Position numbers and translations under genes: made by a program
Origin: Candidatus Aenigmatarchaeota archaeon
GTDB lineage: Archaea > Aenigmatarchaeota > Aenigmatarchaeia > GW2011-AR5
Reading direction: 5' to 3'
DNA: 48,526 nucleotides
NCBI GenBank assembly: GCA_042584825.1
Contig: JBHOSK010000003.1
Span: 1 to 48,526, forward strand
Shown: positions 29,384-38,358 of the stretch, piece after piece
Position numbering within the stretch: the stretch's first letter is position 1
Layout: every line of letters begins with the position of its first letter
Notes under the pieces: model-generated
Database searches by the model: none
Told to the model about the DNA's origin: nothing
The model's input: only the letters and a program-made list of their open reading frames with translations

Positions 29384-29863
29384 TTAAATCTCTTCTTTTT
29401 CCTCTATTCCGCGCAATCTCTCGTCTAAACTGCCATAGGCGATGCCTAGGTTCTTTTTAACCTCATTTATCTTGTTTTCGGATTCTAGTATTTTTCGGGC
29501 TAGGTCGCGATATTGCTTTTCTGATTCTGTCTGTATTTCGTTGGTAAACTCATTTACGCGATCATTAAAATTACTAGCTAGTACTGATGATGTGCTATTG
29601 AAATCATTACCAACTCGTTCAATTGTATGTGATATTGAGTCTATTTTCTCAGATAACAAAAATATGAATCGTTTTCTCTTTTGTTTCTGTTTGTCAAAAC
29701 TGTCTTCCATATGCATTTTCTGGATAAATGTTATGATAATTATTATAATGAGCGTTATACCTAGTAAGAAAACGTCAGAGAACGTAATAACTATTATTGC
29801 AAGTACTGCAATATACAGTATTATTAGTGCTATGTTGTATTTTCCAAAGTTTTCTTCGCTCAT
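29384..29863 (-). CDS. Hypothetical membrane protein (2 TM plus coiled coil)
   Basis: Two N-terminal hydrophobic helices then heptad-like helices. Co-oriented with the ribosomal cluster. Confidence 0.75.
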   Translation of the reverse strand: MSEENFGKYNIALIILYIAVLAIIVITFSDVFLLGITLIIIIIITFIQKMHMEDSFDKQKQKRKRFIFLLSEKIDSISHTIERVGNDFNSTSSVLASNFNDRVNEFTNEIQTESEKQYRDLARKILESENKINEVKKNLGIAYGSLDERLRGIEEKEEI

Positions 29864-29933
29864 TAATTACTATGAATCTGTAAAGAATAAAAAACAAGTT
29901 AAGAATTACTATTAAATTACGTAGAGATTACAG

Positions 29934-30401
29934 TTATTCAACTTTAATTTTGCCTTCTTTTATATCTTTTATTACTTCTCTCGGAGAACGTCCGTCAACA
30001 GTAACTCCACCAGAAAGGCATGTACCAAGAACTTGATTTGTTCGTGCTTTTAGGTCACCAGACATTGTTTTGCTTTTTGCAATTTTTATTATCTTCTCTA
30101 AAGAAATATCACCAGGTAGGGTTTTCTCTCCTTCTTTAACAATGGCTAGTTTTTGAACATTCATCTCTTTTTTTATCATAGCTGAAACCGGAGGAGTACC
30201 AACCTCTATTGTGAATTTTTTCGTGGCTGTGTCTACTATTACTTTAACAGGAACGTCCATCCCTTTGAATGCTGCTGTTTTTTCATTTATCTCTTTAATT
30301 ACAAGCCCTACATTAACACCTAATGGTGACAATGATGGACCCAATGGCGGTGCTGGTGTAGCTGCGCCACCCTTAATTAATGCTTCAACAATTTCTGGCA
30401 T
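29934..30401 (-). CDS. rpl11: 50S ribosomal protein uL11
   Basis: GGAATPAPPLGP, GMDVPVKV, GTC.S.GVTVDG. Confidence 0.97.
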   Translation of the reverse strand: MPEIVEALIKGGAATPAPPLGPSLSPLGVNVGLVIKEINEKTAAFKGMDVPVKVIVDTATKKFTIEVGTPPVSAMIKKEMNVQKLAIVKEGEKTLPGDISLEKIIKIAKSKTMSGDLKARTNQVLGTCLSGGVTVDGRSPREVIKDIKEGKIKVE

Positions 30402-30442
30402 GTATAATCACTCAATTACCTATAGAGAATAAGTTTTAAAAG

Positions 30443-31354
30443 CTAACTTTTCTCAACGGTTCTTACACGCAATTCAAGATCATTAGTAAGTTGATTCATT
30501 TTTGTAGATCCGAATATCTTGAATTTTTTTGTCAATATGTCTAATGACATAACATAATCATTTATTGGGGTTTCGCTAAGCTTTGATTCTATTTCGTCTG
30601 TTTTTTTACCTAATAGTTTTTCAGCTGTTTCTCCAAAAAATGCTGCATTTATTGTTGAAGTACCGTCATCTAAGAGACCAGAAACAATTAGTGTTTTTCG
30701 TGGTTCTACTTTCCCATGAACCATGCATTCACCGTTTTGTAGTTTCTGTCTACATTGTGGACAGAAGTAGTATATGAGTGGTCTTTCGAATATATGCAAT
30801 AATGTTGCTTCTATGTTAACATCGTCGTTTTCTTCTAACCCAGATAAGCTGCTTTTAGGTTCTTTTACATTTACTACTGCGTCTGTTTTTGCTATGTTTC
30901 CGCTGTAGCCTATGGATGCTTGTGTCATTCCTAGGTTATCTTTTCTTGTACGAACATTTTCAACTTTGACAACATCATTTATTGAAAACTTATATTTATC
31001 TACTTCATCATTCCATAAAGAAAGCCGTATTTTTCCTGTTTCATCTTCTATTACTAGGTTTTGTACTTTGCCTGGATTTCCATCACGATTAAATTCTCGT
31101 ACAGGGCTGACGTCTGTTATTTTACCTATAAATGTTATGTTTCGCATGTTGGGAACTATATTCGTAATTTTCAGTTCTTGTGGTTTTGATGCATACAAAT
31201 TAATGGTAAGGTCTCTTGCAACAAGATTTATAATACCTTCTTCAGAAACACCTGTAAAATCTTTTTGTTTTTCTGAAATGAGTTTTTGAACTTCTTCAAG
31301 AGATTTTCCTGCTTCTTGTACTAGTTTCGATATTAGTTCTTCCTTAGAAACCAT
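30443..31354 (-). CDS. Replication protein A-like OB-fold ssDNA-binding protein with zinc ribbon
   Basis: DETGKIRLSLWND, CPQC...C..HG, DDGT.TI...FFG..AE. Confidence 0.88.
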   Translation of the reverse strand: MVSKEELISKLVQEAGKSLEEVQKLISEKQKDFTGVSEEGIINLVARDLTINLYASKPQELKITNIVPNMRNITFIGKITDVSPVREFNRDGNPGKVQNLVIEDETGKIRLSLWNDEVDKYKFSINDVVKVENVRTRKDNLGMTQASIGYSGNIAKTDAVVNVKEPKSSLSGLEENDDVNIEATLLHIFERPLIYYFCPQCRQKLQNGECMVHGKVEPRKTLIVSGLLDDGTSTINAAFFGETAEKLLGKKTDEIESKLSETPINDYVMSLDILTKKFKIFGSTKMNQLTNDLELRVRTVEKS

Positions 31355-31391
31355 GCAACTAATTATGATGTAAAATTTAAATTGTTAAGAT

Positions 31392-31838
31392 TTACTCATC
31401 ATTCTTGGCTTTTTGATGTAATCTTAAAGAATTTTTAGAAATTGTAACTGGTATTGGTACTGCTGCTTCCATGAATTCTACAGTAACTTCATTCTTTGTT
31501 TCGTCTACACGAGTTATTTTTGCTTTTTCACCTTTGAATGGGGATGAGATTATTTCTACAATATCACCAACCTCTATTTTTATATCACTTTTTTCAGGTA
31601 TGATGAATTTTTCAATATCTTTTGATTCAACAGGTCGGTTGATAAGGCCTCTTACGTGGGGTATACCTTTTATTGATGCCTCAATATCGTTTATTTCACC
31701 TTCTATGAAAACATAGCCTTTCAGTTCTTCTGGTCTGAAAATAGCTTTTATGGGTATTTTTTGTGAATTTACCTTATAAATAATACTATCTACAACTACA
31801 TTTTCTCTTCCTGTTGTTGTTCGTACTGTTGCTATCAT
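31392..31838 (-). CDS. spt5: Transcription elongation factor Spt5
   Basis: TT.GRE, LKGYVFIE, KOW-like GDIVEII..PFKGE, AAVPIPVT. Confidence 0.96.
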   Translation of the reverse strand: MIATVRTTTGRENVVVDSIIYKVNSQKIPIKAIFRPEELKGYVFIEGEINDIEASIKGIPHVRGLINRPVESKDIEKFIIPEKSDIKIEVGDIVEIISSPFKGEKAKITRVDETKNEVTVEFMEAAVPIPVTISKNSLRLHQKAKNDE

Positions 31839-32050
31839 TTTTCATAACCTTTTCTTCCGGCTTCACGCTGTACTCTAATTGTTGTAATTATTGCGGGATC
31901 TCCTGCTTCATTCCCTGCTGGGTAATTGGAAGGTTTTCGTCTTAGGGTGTCTCCGTGCACTATATATCCCGGTGGTGTACCATGCTCTGGTAGCGTTCTT
32001 GTTCTTCTTAAAGTACTTTTCAAAGTTCTCCAGAGTTCGTATGCAAGCAT
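31835..32050 (-). CDS. Hypothetical 71-aa basic protein between secE and spt5
   Basis: Fills the gap exactly: starts 2 nt after the secE stop and has an ATGA overlap with spt5. Confidence 0.55.
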   Translation of the reverse strand: MLAYELWRTLKSTLRRTRTLPEHGTPPGYIVHGDTLRRKPSNYPAGNEAGDPAIITTIRVQREAGRKGYEK

Positions 32051-32052
32051 AA

Positions 32053-32235
32053 TTATAATACACCTATAAGCTGGGCAGCTATAAATATAATAAATCCAAT
32101 TACTCCTATTATAATTATTCCCATTCCTGTTATTTTGGTCGTTGTCTTAAATTCTTGAATATCGGGCTTATTTGCGATGAGTAATACTCTTCTTATATTA
32201 AATAACATGTTTTTTAGTCTACCCATGGATATCAC
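32053..32235 (-). CDS. secE: Protein translocase SecE/Sec61-gamma
   Basis: RRVL.IA.KP...EF...KITG.G...IG.IGFII. Confidence 0.93.
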   Translation of the reverse strand: MISMGRLKNMLFNIRRVLLIANKPDIQEFKTTTKITGMGIIIIGVIGFIIFIAAQLIGVL

Positions 32236-32312
32236 AATAGTCTAATATACAAACATAATATTTAAAAAGGGTTATTTTAGGCGATATACTTATAGTTTCA
32301 TGCTTCTATTAT

Positions 32313-32570
32313 ATGCTGGTGAGTTTTATGTCTGGTAATATGGTATTTAGAAAATCATTTAGTCCTCATCTCATAGGTACTCTGAGTGGCGCTTCAGACG
32401 GAAGAGCTTTTGAATTAGGAAGATACGAGGGGCAAACTGCTGTTACTGGTCCTGTTGAATTTGATCGTAGAGGAAGGCCAAAAAATACTAGAAAAGAAGT
32501 CTATTTGTTAGCTAATCCTCAAGAATGTGATGCTAGTTATACTGAATGGAACGCAACACAAGTAGCATGA
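32313..32570 (+). CDS. Hypothetical protein
   Basis: 85-aa ORF filling an intergenic gap, no recognisable motif. Confidence 0.45.
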   Translation: MLVSFMSGNMVFRKSFSPHLIGTLSGASDGRAFELGRYEGQTAVTGPVEFDRRGRPKNTRKEVYLLANPQECDASYTEWNATQVA

Positions 32571-32602
32571 ATAATTAAATATTTTGTCGGTTTATATAAA
32601 CT

Positions 32603-33567
32603 ATGATAGATCCACATGTGCATTGTAGAGATGGTAATCAATCGTATAAAGAAACCATAATGCATGTTTTTTCTGTTGCTGATAAGCAGGGTGTGAAAAA
32701 AATATTTGATATGCCAAATACAGATCCACCTATTACAACAAAAGCAGATGTTATTAAACGCCTTGGTCTGGTTCCTATCAATAGAAAAAATGATTATTTT
32801 TTGTATATTGGAGCTACGTCGGATGAAAAACAACTAGAAGACGCTGTCAAATGTCATGATGAGTACAACGAGATAATTGGTATAAAATTATTTGCGGGTA
32901 GGTCTGTTGGTAATTTGACTGTTACAGAAAAAGAAGACCAATTTAATATTTACAAAACGCTTTCTGAAATTGGATATAAGGGTGTGTTGGCTGTTCATTG
33001 TGAAAAAGAAGAATTTATCAATGATACAAAATGGGATCCAATAAATCCTTCTACTCATTGTGTTGCTAGACCAAAATTAGCTGAAATAGAATCAATAAAA
33101 GATCAGATTGAATTGGTAAAAAGAACTGGCTTTTCTGGTAACCTACATGTTTGTCATGTATCGTGTCCGGAAACAATAGAAATAATAGATAAAGCAAGAG
33201 AGGAAATGAAAATAACCTGTGGCGTTACTCCACACCACATTTTGTGGAATAATAACTTACTTGAGGGGTAGATGGGTTACTTTACAAGATGAATCCACCA
33301 CTTAGAGATGAAACTGATAAGGAAAAACTAAAGTTGCTGCTTAAGATTGGTAAAATAGACTGGATAGAAAGTGATCATGCGCCGCATGCCATAGGTGAAA
33401 AATTACACTATCCTTTTCTTTCCGGATATCCATCACTCTATCTTTACAAAAATTTTGTGAAAAATTTCTTACCTGGTCTTGGTATTGGTGAAAAGGAAAT
33501 TGAGAAAATGACATTTACTAATATTAAAAATACTTTTAAGAAAAAATTGGGATCTGGCCTAGAATAA
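32603..33567 (+). pseudogene. pyrC: Dihydroorotase split by a single-base frameshift (or assembly error)
   Basis: DPHVH, DMPNT.PP, VHCE, HVCHVS and TPHH in frame 1; KMNPPLR, SDHAPH and SGYP in another frame. One extra G at 33265-33268 would restore LEGVDGLLYKMNPPLR. Confidence 0.85.
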
Positions 33568-33650
33568 ATGGAAAACTAAATGATTATGTATAAAATTTAT
33601 AATTATAAATGTGGGGAAAGTAATTGAAGAATAGGATTAGGTGATTTATA

Positions 33651-33860
33651 ATGGGTAAAGCTAGAGTGTATGCAAGAGCAAGACAAAAGGAAACTACAAC
33701 TAAGGCTAAAAAGGGTGTTTCAAAAAAAGGAAAAAAAGAGTTTGAAGAGAAACCAGATTCTTTACCAATAAACACCGAATTTTCTGTTTGTAAAAACTGT
33801 GGTTTTAGAGCAGCCTATAAATTTCATAGGTGTCCTTCTTGTGATGCGGTACAAGAATAG
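33651..33860 (+). CDS. Small basic zinc-ribbon protein
   Basis: CKNCG...RCPSC, with SD AGGTGA upstream. Confidence 0.75.
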   Translation: MGKARVYARARQKETTTKAKKGVSKKGKKEFEEKPDSLPINTEFSVCKNCGFRAAYKFHRCPSCDAVQE

Positions 33861-33870
33861 TTAATTACAC

Positions 33871-33903
33871 TTTTTCTACAGAACTTACTTCTGCAACAAC
33901 CCC
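33871..33903. repeat. Orphan copy of a related transposon right end outside the left target duplication
   Basis: ACTTCTGCAACAACCCC (33887-33903) versus the true right end ACTTCTGCAACAAAGCC (42295-42311). Both are followed by TCGTCCCAC. Confidence 0.7.
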
Positions 33904-33912
33904 TCGTCCCAC
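33904..33912. repeat. Left 9-bp target-site duplication TCGTCCCAC
   Basis: Identical to 42312-42320 and directly abuts the inverted terminus. Confidence 0.9.
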
Positions 33913-34013
33913 GGCTTTGTTGCTAAAAGGGGTTAATTAGACAACATTTGCAACAGAATCGGGACTTTTGCAACAAAACGACATTTAAATAATTTTCAAA
34001 AATACTCTTTCTT

Positions 34014-34412
34014 ATGGATGTTCTTAGTAAAGAACAACGAAGCTATAATATGTCCAGAATCCGAGGAAAGTGGACTGTACCAGAAAAGGCAATTCATAAC
34101 CACCTGAAAGGCTTGAAAATAAAACATAAAATGCATCCAAAAATAGAAGGAAATCCTGATATATTACTGAAGAACTCAAAAACCCTGATTTTTATTGACG
34201 GGTGTTTCTGGCATAAATGTCCAAAATGTTATAAAGAACCGCAGTCCAGAAGGAACTTCTGGATACCGAAAATTGAAGGTAATGTAAAAAAGGGCAGAAC
34301 CGTCACGAGAAAGTTGCGCAGAGAAGGATGGAACGTTATTCGTATATGGGAACATGAAATAAATAATAATCCAAGAAAAATAGTGGGGAATTTAATATGC
34401 CGAATAAAATAA
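34014..34412 (+). CDS. vsr: Very-short-patch repair endonuclease
   Basis: MDV....RSYNMSRIR...T.PE, G.PDI, FIDGCFWH.C, FW..KI..N, GW.VIRIWE. Confidence 0.95.
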   Translation: MDVLSKEQRSYNMSRIRGKWTVPEKAIHNHLKGLKIKHKMHPKIEGNPDILLKNSKTLIFIDGCFWHKCPKCYKEPQSRRNFWIPKIEGNVKKGRTVTRKLRREGWNVIRIWEHEINNNPRKIVGNLICRIK

Positions 34413-34897
34413 AACAAATTGTAGATGGTTTAAAAAATGATGAATTATGGGATATGTATTCAAGCATAATGCAGCAGTTAAAACAGAGGGGGCTTGTAAG
34501 AACAAAAAATATAATTGGTGAAAGAGGAGAGTCGCTTGTGGTAGAAATTTATAACAATACACCAAATGAGCCAAACCTTCAAGCAGCACCAGAAGGGACC
34601 CAAAACGTAGACGCTCTTAGCCGAAAAGGTGAAAGATACAGCATAAAAACTGTTACCCTTCCGAATAAAATAACTGGCGTCTTCTATGGCCTGAATCAAC
34701 CCGAATCAAGTGAAGTTGAAGAAAAAAAGTTTGAATATCTTATAATTGTCCTACTCGACAGTAATTTACAACCTATTAAAATTTTAGAAGCTGGATGGGA
34801 AACATTTCTTAAATTTAAAAAATGGCACAAGACGATGCGCGCTTGGAACATTTCCATAACAAAAAAATTTGAAGGTGAATGTCGTATAATTATATGA
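34397..34897 (+). CDS. Small PD-(D/E)XK restriction-endonuclease-fold protein
   Basis: GERGE...VDA...YSIK arrangement, position in an R-M-like cassette, overlapping neighbours. Confidence 0.65.
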   Translation: MPNKIKQIVDGLKNDELWDMYSSIMQQLKQRGLVRTKNIIGERGESLVVEIYNNTPNEPNLQAAPEGTQNVDALSRKGERYSIKTVTLPNKITGVFYGLNQPESSEVEEKKFEYLIIVLLDSNLQPIKILEAGWETFLKFKKWHKTMRAWNISITKKFEGECRIII

Positions 34898-36507
34898 AGG
34901 TAATAAAAATGATTAGTGATATAAAATACGAATCATTTATTGAAATAGATGATATGCCTATTCAGTGGGCATCTAGAATAGAATTATTCTATCCCGACCT
35001 ACCGCAATTTCCAATAATTTATGTTCACAAAGTAGTCGGTAGGGAGAGAATATATGGATTTCCTGTATCTTTCAGCATAACCTGTAAAAAAAATAAAACA
35101 TGCAGTGTTAAACTGAAATTTTTGTCTAATAAAAATCTGGAAAAAAATAAAAATTTAAAAAATACAATAAAAGAAGAATTAGAACACAGAATCGGTACAA
35201 AAAACAAGATAGGGCTTGATGATATAATAGCCGCATGCAAAGGTGAAAAAAAATACGAAAAATTTTTTGCCTATTTGTGGAAATACGTTTCAAAAATTTA
35301 TGGCAATGTAATACCATATGGAAAATTATATGAAGAAATATTTTCTATCGTTAGATTTGTATCGGCTTGGCAGCCAAAAACAGGAAGACAAAGTGAAATG
35401 AGAATGCTCTACAATTTTCTCAGTATTTTTGGGGAGAAAATAGTCGTGAAGGGTGACTGGGATTATCTCGAATTTTTCCTTTTGCCTACATATTCCGACA
35501 TGCTTGGAAAAAATTTTAAACCTTTCCCTACATTTAACAAACTTTTTGTTGCAATGGAAAAGATATGGAAATCCCAGTTCACGCAGTCTGTAACCATAGG
35601 CGACAAATCCATGTCTTTTATGAAAAAGGGCTGGCCAAGTAATAAAGAAGAATTCATAAACACTGTATGCTCCGAGCTAATAAATGCAGGAAAAATTACC
35701 AAAGAAGACGGACACAATATAGAAAGGTTGATTGATGCATTCAACAGACATCCTTGGAGAGCGTCGTTTTTTATTTCCAGCATAATGAATGCATATGTTT
35801 TTGATTATAACATCTGGGACAAAAAGTTTTTCATCAAATTTTATTCAAATAAAAAAGGCAGGGGTGTCTCACCCAAAGCCATAGCATGTTTTCTTCAGCA
35901 GGGATTCCTTAAAGATGAGTTCATACCAATAGATACATGGGTAGAATCGTTTCATGTATATGCGCTTGGTATAGCAACTAAAGACGAGTTTTTCAAAAAA
36001 TTCAGCAAAATGGGTAAACTTGAAAGGGTCATATGGCTTTCAAGCCAGGCAAACAAAACCAACATTACCACGTTTTTTAATACATTATGGTGTACGCGTT
36101 TTGGTGTCAGGGGAATCAAAAAATTAAGGGAAGCTAATCCTATTTCATGTTACGAATGTGAACTTAAAGATACGTGTCCTGGATATCTTGAAATAAAGGA
36201 TAAGCTGGTTCTTGTCAAAGAAAGTGACCACGTCAGATTAAGAGAAGAAACCACACCAAAAGGTAAATTTAAAGGTCAGGTTTTGGATTCGCCAGAAGTT
36301 ATTGAGGAAGCCTCTTCAGGTGACTGTGAATTTGTATGTATAACCAAGAATTCCGTTCCGAAAAAAATAATAATAAACAGTAACGGCAAGTGGCCGCTTA
36401 TAGACGAACATTCTGGATACGTTCTTGACAGTACCAAGAAAACGAATAAGATAAACGAAATTGTCACGGTTGATGATTTTATAAAAAGTCTCCCTAAATT
36501 CAATTAA
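34879..36507 (+). CDS. Large protein with HhH-GPD DNA glycosylase motifs and a probable Fe-S cluster loop
   Basis: GVSPKAIACF...F....IPIDTWV (HhH Lys and catalytic Asp pattern), then WC...CYECELKDTC. Confidence 0.7.
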   Translation: MSYNYMKVIKMISDIKYESFIEIDDMPIQWASRIELFYPDLPQFPIIYVHKVVGRERIYGFPVSFSITCKKNKTCSVKLKFLSNKNLEKNKNLKNTIKEELEHRIGTKNKIGLDDIIAACKGEKKYEKFFAYLWKYVSKIYGNVIPYGKLYEEIFSIVRFVSAWQPKTGRQSEMRMLYNFLSIFGEKIVVKGDWDYLEFFLLPTYSDMLGKNFKPFPTFNKLFVAMEKIWKSQFTQSVTIGDKSMSFMKKGWPSNKEEFINTVCSELINAGKITKEDGHNIERLIDAFNRHPWRASFFISSIMNAYVFDYNIWDKKFFIKFYSNKKGRGVSPKAIACFLQQGFLKDEFIPIDTWVESFHVYALGIATKDEFFKKFSKMGKLERVIWLSSQANKTNITTFFNTLWCTRFGVRGIKKLREANPISCYECELKDTCPGYLEIKDKLVLVKESDHVRLREETTPKGKFKGQVLDSPEVIEEASSGDCEFVCITKNSVPKKIIINSNGKWPLIDEHSGYVLDSTKKTNKINEIVTVDDFIKSLPKFN

Positions 36508-37666
36508 ATGCCTTTTTTATCTCTTCGGCAATTGCTTTTGCAAGAAGTGGTGGAACCGCATTTCCTATCTGGCTGTAGATGTCTCTCTTACTTCCAGTAA
36601 ATTTGAAACCTTTTGGAAAACTCTGTATTGCCGCACACTCATCTGGTGTAAGCATACGTATTTCATTTTCCGAATATTTTACAAGTGCATCGGCACCATC
36701 CTTCCAGTAACGGGCCGAAATTGTAAATGAAGGTTCATCCATTCTCAGAATCTGCCATCCAAAACCGTTTTTCAGTTTCCTGTTTATCTTTTCCCTCTTT
36801 CTGAATCCAGCCAGCATTTTTGGTGAGTGGAAAAATGCCTTGTCTACACGTTCCTTTTCTTTAAGAACCTTTCCCACACCAACCCATTTTTTTAGAATAC
36901 TGTTACCAACTGTCTTACTGGATATTTTGGAATGTGTGGGCCTTGGAAAAGTCTGAACGTCTTTTTTTGTACCGATAAAAATAACCCTCTGTCTTTTCTG
37001 CGGAACGCCGTAATCAGCCGCCATGAGCGTCCTGAATTTTATTTCATACCCTATCTTTCTGAACTCTTTTTCTATCATTTTTATTACAGGTTCCTGAAAG
37101 TTTCTTAACCCCATTCTAAGTTTCGAAAGTTCCTTGGAGATATATGTCCTTCTTCTTATTATCTGATCATCAGTAAGTTCGGTATTCTTGAGAAGTCCAA
37201 GTCTTTCCGATGTAAGAGAATCAATTTTTTTTAGAATATTATCACTTATTTTTTTCTCTTTTTCGGAAAGATCGTCCCTGAAATGATACATTGCCAGAAT
37301 CCCTTTAACATTTTCAATGACAAAAAACTTGGGCCCGATATGTTTCACAATCTCAACATAGTCATAAAAGAGTTTTCCGCGGGGATCATTTGGATCCCTT
37401 CTGCCCGCCAAAGAAAAGGCCTGACACGGCGGCCCGCCGATAATTACATCAACTTTCCTGTCAACTGTTTTTATTATTTCCTTACGGACTTTTTCATTTC
37501 TGATGTCACCGCGTATGGCTTTTGCATCTGGGTGATTGATTTCAAAAGTATTTAATGCGGGATCCCAGTTGTCATTCCCAGCAAGAATCCTGAATCCTGC
37601 CATCTCAAATCCCTTACTCATTCCACCACAACCGCAGAAAAGATCTAGGACAGTCGGTTTTTTCAT
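36500..37666 (-). CDS. dcm: DNA (cytosine-5)-methyltransferase
   Basis: Motif I DLFCGCGG, IV GGPPCQ, VI ENV, VIII Q.RQR, IX/X R.LT...IQSFP and QIGNAVPP. Confidence 0.97.
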   Translation of the reverse strand: MKKPTVLDLFCGCGGMSKGFEMAGFRILAGNDNWDPALNTFEINHPDAKAIRGDIRNEKVRKEIIKTVDRKVDVIIGGPPCQAFSLAGRRDPNDPRGKLFYDYVEIVKHIGPKFFVIENVKGILAMYHFRDDLSEKEKKISDNILKKIDSLTSERLGLLKNTELTDDQIIRRRTYISKELSKLRMGLRNFQEPVIKMIEKEFRKIGYEIKFRTLMAADYGVPQKRQRVIFIGTKKDVQTFPRPTHSKISSKTVGNSILKKWVGVGKVLKEKERVDKAFFHSPKMLAGFRKREKINRKLKNGFGWQILRMDEPSFTISARYWKDGADALVKYSENEIRMLTPDECAAIQSFPKGFKFTGSKRDIYSQIGNAVPPLLAKAIAEEIKKAFN

Positions 37667-38358
37667 TGGTCACACCTCTTCTTTTTTCCAGCCCACTCAC
37701 AAAACTTACACGTCTCAGAAGATTCGGGCATCTCTCCCCGTAAAACCTGTATAGCTTTCTTAAACAACTCCTCAGCATGTTCCAGGTTTATATCCATCTT
37801 GACAAGATGTGTATCAAAAACAAAGTCACCATTATCATTAATCTCTTTTGAGATTAGGAATAACAGATATGCATAATCTTCTGTTTCGTATCCATTCTTT
37901 CTTAACAGAAAATTGTATAGATTTACCTGGTCTTGATAATGATGGTGTGTATCTTCTTTCAGGGGATATCCTCTTGTTTTGTAATCAAGAACAATAAGCT
38001 TTTTGTCTTTTACGAGCATATCATCAACAGCACCTCGTAATAAAATATCACTTTCTTCATCCAGGAACTGAATACCCTTGAAGTTGTTCCTCCAGATATT
38101 AAGTTGTTCTATATCATCAAACAGTTTGATTCCATCTAGTTCTTCCAGTTCTGGAGGTATTGTTTTTTGTTTTCTGTGCTTGTCGAAATGAACTTTCATT
38201 ATCTTGTCAATACCAGAGGGCAATGTTGGAAATCCCATACTAGGTCTACGTATCTTTTTTACAACATATAACCAGAAACATTTAGGACAGTTCTCCAATA
38301 AATTCAAACTTGATGGTGATAGTTTATATTTTGTCATTATTATCCCTCTTTGATTCAA
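37663..38358 (-). CDS. PD-(D/E)XK (RecB/Cas4-like) nuclease
   Basis: LSPSSL....CPKCFW, GAVDD, LDYKT, Q...Y, CKFC. Likely start ATG 38337. Confidence 0.88.
   Translation of the reverse strand: MNQRGIIMTKYKLSPSSLNLLENCPKCFWLYVVKKIRRPSMGFPTLPSGIDKIMKVHFDKHRKQKTIPPELEELDGIKLFDDIEQLNIWRNNFKGIQFLDEESDILLRGAVDDMLVKDKKLIVLDYKTRGYPLKEDTHHHYQDQVNLYNFLLRKNGYETEDYAYLLFLISKEINDNGDFVFDTHLVKMDINLEHAEELFKKAIQVLRGEMPESSETCKFCEWAGKKKRCDQ

Noticed and set aside
28726-29915. Long plus-strand ORFs of 202 and 157 aa
   Set aside because: Antisense to rpl1 and the membrane protein gene. FSCA repeats merely mirror the AQEK repeat.
33269-33271. TAG in pyrC as possible stop-codon recoding or pyrrolysine
   Set aside because: The downstream half is in a different frame, so readthrough would not restore the protein. 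TAG ends other genes normally.
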